DNA of 64,000 nt from Candidatus Omnitrophota bacterium (lineage in GTDB: Bacteria; Omnitrophota; Gorgyraeia; Zapsychrales; Zapsychraceae), in assembly GCA_020053475.1 (NCBI GenBank), contig JAGVNC010000028.1:551-64550 (forward strand), given 5' to 3'. The notes beneath the pieces were generated by a model. That model saw nothing but the letters and a program-made list of their open reading frames with translations, searched no databases and was not told the origin of the DNA. Of this stretch, positions 59,042 through 64,000 are shown one piece after another (positions within the stretch are counted from its first letter, which is position 1; each line of letters starts with the position of its first letter). A program made the position numbers and the translations under genes.

Positions 59042-60898
59042 ATGGGTGTTGTTTATAAACTAAAAGACGAAGTTCTTCAATTCATTATCCAGCAAAAAAA
59101 GGACATCCCTTCCTTGGGCGTGCGCCAATTGGCCGGCCTTGTCAGCACCAAATTCCACCTTCAAGTTTCGAAATCTTCCGTTAGCAATGTTTTAAAAGGC
59201 GCTCATTTAAGCAGCGGGGTGGGAAGAAGGGCCACGCAAGACCGGAAACAAAAAAAATTTAAAATCCCGACGCAGAAGAAGAAAGAGATTTCGGAGCACA
59301 TGCAAAAAATGGCCCTGGGCCGGGAGCCGGTGCTTTCCAAGGCCACGATCAGCGAAAAACCCGTTGAACACATGGCGCCCTCAGCTGAACCTGTCGAAGA
59401 GGTTCTGGCGAATGAGGATGAAAGCGAGATTTTGGAGAAAGAAATTCTTGTTGTCCCGCCAGTCCCGTCGGAGAAATCCCCAGGAATTGAAGCGGCCGAT
59501 CCCTTGAGGGAAGTTTCTTCTCTCCCGCCAACGCAATCTTCCAAAGATGTTTTTTATCAGCATGTTCGGGAGATTCAAGCGCGGCGCGTCGCGCAACAGG
59601 GGAAGCTTTATCAAGGGCTGGGATGTATTTTTCTAAAAGCCGCAGAATGGGAAGGGAATCAACACCCTTGGGATCAATTATTCGCTCAAGAATCAGGAGC
59701 GCTTTCGGATAATTTTTCGGGTACATTTTCCGCCCTCGCGATCGAAGCGTTTTTAACCAAAGAAGGGGCGAGCCGTAAGGACATGTTCAAAGAAGGAATT
59801 TTTGTCCTTAATGATTTAGACCCTGCAGCGCCACAGGCACAACATCGTTTTGATCAAATCGCCGGACTTGTCATCCCTGAGCCTGTTGTTTGGGAATACA
59901 CTGACCATCTTCAACAATTTTTTGCTCAAGCAGACCTGTTTCGTTGGGAATTAGAAGATGCAACGGAATTTTATACCGATCCAGGAGCGACTTTTTTAGA
60001 TGAGCAGGTTTCTTCGGGCGGGCTCGCCTTTCCTTTAAACAAGGCCTTGACGATTTTGTCCCGAGAGATCATTAGCAATAATCATCCGCTGATTTTATGC
60101 CAAGCCCCCGGCCAGCAGGCCATTGACGCGTGTTTCGATGATTTTTTAGGCGCGTTCGAAGGCCACTCGAATAAATCCATTGTTGCGCTCACCGTGCTCA
60201 ATGAGCACCAAGAAGAAGTCGCGATGTTTAACATCATTCCTCGTCGACGCCGAAATTTTATTTGCGGGCTGTGGCCGCACCTGAAGGAATTTAAAGAATT
60301 AACAAAGACCGTCAAGTGGGCCGCGAAACAACCCTTTTATGTTGAGCATGCGGATCGAATTGTCTATTCTGCCGCCACCCAAACAGATTATTTTGCGTCA
60401 CATTTATCGGAGAACCCCCGGCCCATGCGCTTGTTAACGCTTTGGAACGATGAACAAGCAGAGCCCTGCATGAGCATTCTGTGTAATGACATGGACATCG
60501 AGCCGCAAAAAATCCTGGATTTATATACAACGCGATGGCCTTATCTGGAAAGGCCTGCCTTGTTTAAAGAGGCTGGGGAGCCGCTACCTTTGATCCAAAA
60601 TGCGGATCAACATCATTCATTAGAATCGTTGGCGGGAAAATTTGGGGACATCCTCCACCAATACTGTTTAAGAAAGTTCTTTCCTTCATATCGGCGCTTA
60701 CCTTCGGCATCCTTAATTGAAAATATTTATGAAATGCCGGGATATGTGATCAAAACCCCTCAATCTTATCAAATTTTGTTAAAAACAAAGGGGAATGCGG
60801 AAAATCGCTTAGAAGAGCTTAAGGATGCTGTTCAGCGGCTAAATGAACACGGCATTGAGACAGGGGACGGGAAGAAGGTTTCAATCCTTATAATATAA
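59042..60898 (+). CDS. Large hypothetical protein, 618 aa. It has an N-terminal HTH-like segment, a Pro/Glu/Lys-rich linker and a C-terminal region containing the motif YTTRWPYLERP. An upstream TGcTATACT extended -10 lies inside the palindrome GGACATT-N24-AATGTCC.
   Basis: Read directly. No confident family was assigned. Confidence 0.45.
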   Translation: MGVVYKLKDEVLQFIIQQKKDIPSLGVRQLAGLVSTKFHLQVSKSSVSNVLKGAHLSSGVGRRATQDRKQKKFKIPTQKKKEISEHMQKMALGREPVLSKATISEKPVEHMAPSAEPVEEVLANEDESEILEKEILVVPPVPSEKSPGIEAADPLREVSSLPPTQSSKDVFYQHVREIQARRVAQQGKLYQGLGCIFLKAAEWEGNQHPWDQLFAQESGALSDNFSGTFSALAIEAFLTKEGASRKDMFKEGIFVLNDLDPAAPQAQHRFDQIAGLVIPEPVVWEYTDHLQQFFAQADLFRWELEDATEFYTDPGATFLDEQVSSGGLAFPLNKALTILSREIISNNHPLILCQAPGQQAIDACFDDFLGAFEGHSNKSIVALTVLNEHQEEVAMFNIIPRRRRNFICGLWPHLKEFKELTKTVKWAAKQPFYVEHADRIVYSAATQTDYFASHLSENPRPMRLLTLWNDEQAEPCMSILCNDMDIEPQKILDLYTTRWPYLERPALFKEAGEPLPLIQNADQHHSLESLAGKFGDILHQYCLRKFFPSYRRLPSASLIENIYEMPGYVIKTPQSYQILLKTKGNAENRLEELKDAVQRLNEHGIETGDGKKVSILII

Positions 60899-60923
60899 AT
60901 AGATAGTATTTATTAAACCATGC

Positions 60924-60953
60924 TTGACACTAAATAAAAAAATATGTTATACT
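60924..60953 (+). promoter_or_regulatory. Promoter of the Flp pilin gene array: -35 TTGACA (60924-60929), 18-nt spacer, -10 TATACT (60948-60953). It is followed by a structured leader of about 300 nt.
   Basis: Read directly. Confidence 0.55.
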
Positions 60954-61256
60954 CCTTCTATATCATAAGCCACGGGAAAGTTAGTAAAGAAAGAGGCAAT
61001 CTAGGACATTTGTAAATGTCTGAAACATCAATGGATATGATAAGCCTCCACGATTCCTGTGGGGGTTTTTGTTTGTAGGCCGTTCAACAATTTTTAAAAT
61101 GCTTATTACACCGCAAGGTGTCTTAATCCTTGATGGAACTACTTAAGTCAGGGAGGCAAAGCCCTAACAAGGTTTTACTATAGAGGCCCTTAAGGCTTCA
61201 TCCTCATTGTTTGAGGAGGGGTAACAATCATCTGTTCAACACATAAGGACAAGGCG

Positions 61257-61427
61257 ATGAAAGGCTTTTTAAGAATAATGGACCATTTAGACCGCAAAGG
61301 TCAAAACTTGATCGAATATGCCTTCGTCGCCTCTATCGTGATCGCTGCTGTTTTTGTCATGAGTACTTATGTGTTTCGTTCTGTCCAATCCACGCAACAG
61401 ATGATTCAAAAAGAAGCAATCAAGTAA
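61257..61427 (+). CDS. flp: Flp-family prepilin, 56 aa (leader MKGFLRIMDHLDRKG, then QNLIEY).
   Basis: G/XXXXEY processing motif followed by a 20-aa hydrophobic segment. Confidence 0.75.
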   Translation: MKGFLRIMDHLDRKGQNLIEYAFVASIVIAAVFVMSTYVFRSVQSTQQMIQKEAIK

Positions 61428-61511
61428 ACCCTTTAAAGAAATTCTTTAAACGGGGGACTCTTTGTCGTTAGAGCATCAACAAAAGAGAGAATATCTTCAA
61501 GGAGGAATCTA

Positions 61512-61742
61512 ATGTTAAGACGTAACATAAAAACGCCCGCGCTAAAGAAAAAGAAGGGGCAATCGACGCTGGAATATATCATCCTTGTAGCTGGCGTCAT
61601 TGCTGTGTTGATTGTTTTCTTGGCGCCCGGCGGTATTTTCCAGACATCGTTTAATTCGATCCTGTCATCTGGGACGCAAGGCGGAGTGCAGCTGGCGAAC
61701 GCGTTAAAGCTTTCGCACGGGGGCAACGCCGATGCATTTTAA
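61512..61742 (+). CDS. Flp-type prepilin paralog, 76 aa.
   Basis: KKKKG-QSTLEY motif plus a hydrophobic segment. RBS AAGGAGG. Confidence 0.7.
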   Translation: MLRRNIKTPALKKKKGQSTLEYIILVAGVIAVLIVFLAPGGIFQTSFNSILSSGTQGGVQLANALKLSHGGNADAF

Positions 61743-61762
61743 CATTGTGGAGGGAAAAACAA

Positions 61763-62122
61763 ATGTTTAGAAAATTGTTAAAAAATAAAAAAGCGCAAAA
61801 TACCCTCGAGTATGCGATCCTGATCTCTTTGGTCGTCGCGGGGATTGTTGCCATGCAAACGTATGCCCAACGAGCCTTGCAAGCGAGAGTTCGTGACGCG
61901 AGCTCGTATTTGGCGAATCAAACCGGAGCCTTAGGGAATACGCTTCAGTATGAACCTTATTATCTAAGTACCAACTACGCAATCGAGCGGGACGAATCAG
62001 AAACCCAAATACTGGATAACGTCACAACCTTACAACAGGTGAATTCTACTCGTAAACGAGCTGCGGGTGGGTTCCAGAGTTCTGATTACAGTACGGCATT
62101 CGGTATTGTCAATGGCATCTAA
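61763..62122 (+). CDS. Flp-type prepilin paralog with an extended C-terminal domain, about 119 aa. ATG start after RBS GGAGGG. The ORF track starts at TTG 61745.
   Basis: KNKKA-QNTLEY motif. The C-terminal region is paralogous to the 62656 gene (shared YEPYY). Confidence 0.65.
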   Translation: MFRKLLKNKKAQNTLEYAILISLVVAGIVAMQTYAQRALQARVRDASSYLANQTGALGNTLQYEPYYLSTNYAIERDESETQILDNVTTLQQVNSTRKRAAGGFQSSDYSTAFGIVNGI

Positions 62123-62188
62123 GGAAAAGCAAGCCAAGCAGCTTGTTTTCCTAACATTGAGCCATTTTAAATTGAGGAGGATCATTCA

Positions 62189-62518
62189 ATGTTGAGGCTT
62201 TTGAATAAACGAAGAAAAAAAGGGCAAAGTACGCTGGAATATGCCATTCTGATTATTATCATCCTCGGTGCGCTGATGTCCATCCAGATATATATCAAAC
62301 GCGGGATTCAAGGAAGACTGAAAAGCGCGACAGATGATATCGGGGACCAGTTCTCTCCGGGGAATACCAATGTAGTGAAAATTATGCACACCGTCAGTAA
62401 TTCTGTCGATACGTTTGCGTTCGGTAAATCCAAATCCACATTAACAGGTAAGGGGGAAATAACGACCGAACAAATGAATTCTGACATCATGATTGTTAAT
62501 CAGGAATTCTGGCAATAA
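62189..62518 (+). CDS. Flp-type prepilin paralog with an extended C-terminal domain, 109 aa.
   Basis: RRKKG-QSTLEY motif. Paralogous to the 63437 gene (shared YIKRGIQGRLK...GDQFSP). RBS GAGGAGG. Confidence 0.7.
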   Translation: MLRLLNKRRKKGQSTLEYAILIIIILGALMSIQIYIKRGIQGRLKSATDDIGDQFSPGNTNVVKIMHTVSNSVDTFAFGKSKSTLTGKGEITTEQMNSDIMIVNQEFWQ

Positions 62519-62655
62519 GCCCGGCTTTTGATGACAAGATATGGCTTGCTTGGGAGAGAGGTTCTTTTCGGGCAGGCCATATTTTTTTAGCGGGCTCGCA
62601 TTCGCAAGAACGTTAGAACGTTATCATGAGAATGCGGGTTTAATCTTTCTTCATT

Positions 62656-63036
62656 ATGTTAAAGCTTCTAACAAATAGACGCGCTCAGGCTATGATGGGC
62701 GAATATGTCCTTGTTTTTGTGATTGTTTTAAGCGTCATGGGGGCGATGACGGTTTATTTCAAACGCGCCATCCAGGCCCGCATGTACGACGCCCGTAACG
62801 CAATGGTCGGGACCGTCTATGAACGGACGAACGAGATCAATTATGTGGGGGAAATCGGGGTCGCGTACGAGCCTTATTACACCAACACCACGTCATCTGT
62901 GCAGAGGACATCAGAATCAGAAACAAGGTTGAAGCCTGGGCTGACGACGGGGATTTTTAGTAAAACAATTAACGAAACGACAGCTGTTCAGACAGAAAGC
63001 ACGACCGCTCCGCCTAAAGATGTGGACTTGTTTTAA
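62656..63036 (+). CDS. Flp-type prepilin-like paralog, 126 aa, with the variant motif RRAQAMMGEY.
   Basis: Hydrophobic segment after the GEY motif, and a Thr/Ser-rich C-terminus. Confidence 0.55.
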   Translation: MLKLLTNRRAQAMMGEYVLVFVIVLSVMGAMTVYFKRAIQARMYDARNAMVGTVYERTNEINYVGEIGVAYEPYYTNTTSSVQRTSESETRLKPGLTTGIFSKTINETTAVQTESTTAPPKDVDLF

Positions 63037-63037
63037 T

Positions 63038-63391
63038 ATGTTGAGAAAAAGATCATTTCGCCATCAGAGGAAGACACAAAACGCCCAATCCATGCTTGAA
63101 TATGTCATTGTCATTGGCGTTATCGTCACGGTTCTGTTCACGATGAACCCTTTGCTGAAGCGCAGCATCCAAGGGCTTATTAAATTCGTCGCGGACCAAG
63201 TTGGTAATCAAGAGAACGCGGAACAAGATTTCGATGAGATGGGGCATTTACAATCTCAACATGTCAAAACGCAGGCGGACATTCATCGGACAGAAATTGA
63301 TTTTTTGCGCGTGATGAATTATATTTCCGATGAAGTGGTTGTTTCGGAAAGTAACACGCAGATTAATGCGGGATTTACTCAGACCGATTAA
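63038..63391 (+). CDS. Flp-type prepilin-like paralog, about 117 aa, with motif KTQNAQSMLEY. The start is uncertain; an alternative ATG lies at 63020.
   Basis: Motif plus a hydrophobic segment. Confidence 0.5.
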   Translation: MLRKRSFRHQRKTQNAQSMLEYVIVIGVIVTVLFTMNPLLKRSIQGLIKFVADQVGNQENAEQDFDEMGHLQSQHVKTQADIHRTEIDFLRVMNYISDEVVVSESNTQINAGFTQTD

Positions 63392-63436
63392 ATGGTTAAA
63401 ATTTGCTGTGGCATGGATGATAGGGAGACTTAGCAT

Positions 63437-63758
63437 GAAACTGATTGGCCGCAAAAAACGAAGAGGGCAAAGCGTCATCGAATACGTCATTCTGATCACT
63501 ATCTTATTGGGTGCTTTCTTGGCCATTGGAACTTATTTTAAGCGCGGCGTTCAGGGGCGCTGGAAAGAGGCTGTCGACGGATTCGGTGATCAATACGATC
63601 CCCGCGCTGCCGACACGAACATTAAACACAGCATTTTGTCAAATACCAATACGACGATTTTGGCGATGAATAGTGTCGGCGGCTTCTGGACATCGCGCAC
63701 TGATGAATCAAAAACGACTGAAAAAAGGACGGGATATATGTCGTCGGGAGCGTATTGA
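63437..63758 (+). CDS. Flp-type prepilin paralog, about 107 aa. Start MKLIGRKKRRG-QSVIEY with RBS GGGAG.
   Basis: G/XXXXEY motif. Paralogous to the 62189 gene. Confidence 0.65.
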
Positions 63759-63880
63759 TTGAGGTTACAGAAGGTTACGAGAGGGTACGGGATGTTTCGT
63801 AAAGCCATCAGCCCTCACGCAACTTCATGTAACATTACGCAACCTTCCGCAACATCATGTACCCCGCGTAACGTTTAAAT

Positions 63881-64000
63881 ATGTCTTTTTTTAAACAACA
63901 TAAGTTCGCTTCTACCCGCGCCCAAACCGCCATCGAATTGGCGATTTTTGGCGCCATTTTAATCTTTGTGGTCGGTCTTATTGTGAATTCAGCCATGAAC
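63881..64000 (+). CDS. TadE/Flp-like prepilin, 5' partial; the gene continues past the window end.
   Basis: MSFFKQHKFASTRAQTAIELAIFGAILIFVVGLIV, a TadE-like N-terminal motif. Confidence 0.5.
   Translation, partial: MSFFKQHKFASTRAQTAIELAIFGAILIFVVGLIVNSAMN

Noticed and set aside
59042-60898. The 618-aa gene read as an inserted IS element.
   Set aside because: No terminal inverted repeats or target-site duplication were found at 58961-59041 versus 60899-60960. Transposase-like ancestry remains possible, so it is reported only as a motif-level observation.
60954-61256. c-di-GMP-I (GEMM) riboswitch assignment for the flp leader.
   Set aside because: Only fragments are present (a GNRA hairpin and a GGCAAAGCC-like element). 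Spacing does not fit the consensus by eye. It is left as an unclassified structured leader.

Overview
This 64 kb window is a gene-dense bacterial chromosomal segment spanning the replication origin. It looks like a diderm genome: it encodes Na+-NQR and a secretin.

Gene orientation flips at oriC. Almost every gene from 1 to 36.5 kb is on the minus strand, and every gene from 37 kb onward is on the plus strand. The flip point carries rpmH-yidD-yidC-jag-parA-parB on one side and dnaA-dnaN-DUF721-gyrB-gyrA on the other. DnaA boxes and tandem parS sites sit at the junction.

Left arm, in coordinate order (all minus strand):
- Nitrogen module: glnN (GS type III, partial), glnB/K and amtB, with a GAF-GAF-ANTAR RNA-binding regulator directly upstream.
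- The complete nqrABCDEF operon, plus a convergent nqrM-like gene.
- A thiolase / DRTGG (Pta-N-like) / sucCD cluster.
- gltX, a PilZ protein, rny-ymdB and an MTHFS gene, with a candidate 6S-like ncRNA upstream of MTHFS.
- The thrS-infC-rpmI-rplT-pheST cluster (listed here upstream-to-downstream, thrS at the higher coordinates).
- tRNA-Val, tRNA-Leu and tRNA-Cys, followed by coaC, rpoZ, gmk, yicC and ndk.

Right arm:
- A GIY-YIG protein and tRNA-Glu.
- A roughly 3.4 kb, lower-GC islet integrated at the tRNA-Glu 3' end. It is bounded by an 11-nt direct repeat and carries XRE, DUF488 and uncharacterised cargo genes.
- Housekeeping enzymes: a 2-hydroxyacid dehydrogenase, GST, a nitrilase-family hydrolase and mdh.
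- An atypical Tad/Flp-like pilus locus: cpaB, a secretin with a C-terminal TonB_C-like domain, a fused TadZ-TadA ATPase, DUF192, a 618-aa orphan, and at least 8 tandem divergent Flp-type prepilin genes, the last of which runs off the window.

The most notable non-coding signals:
- A hairpin GGRC-AUYGAA-GUCC with an ANTAR-type hexaloop occurs three times. Each copy overlaps an intrinsic terminator by 2 nt, in the glnN and amtB leaders.
- A 63-nt triple-hairpin repeat family has 3 copies.
- Promoters with TTGACA, a 17-18 nt spacer and TATACT recur at several operons.

All calls rest on reading the sequence and on recalled protein-family knowledge. No database searches were run.
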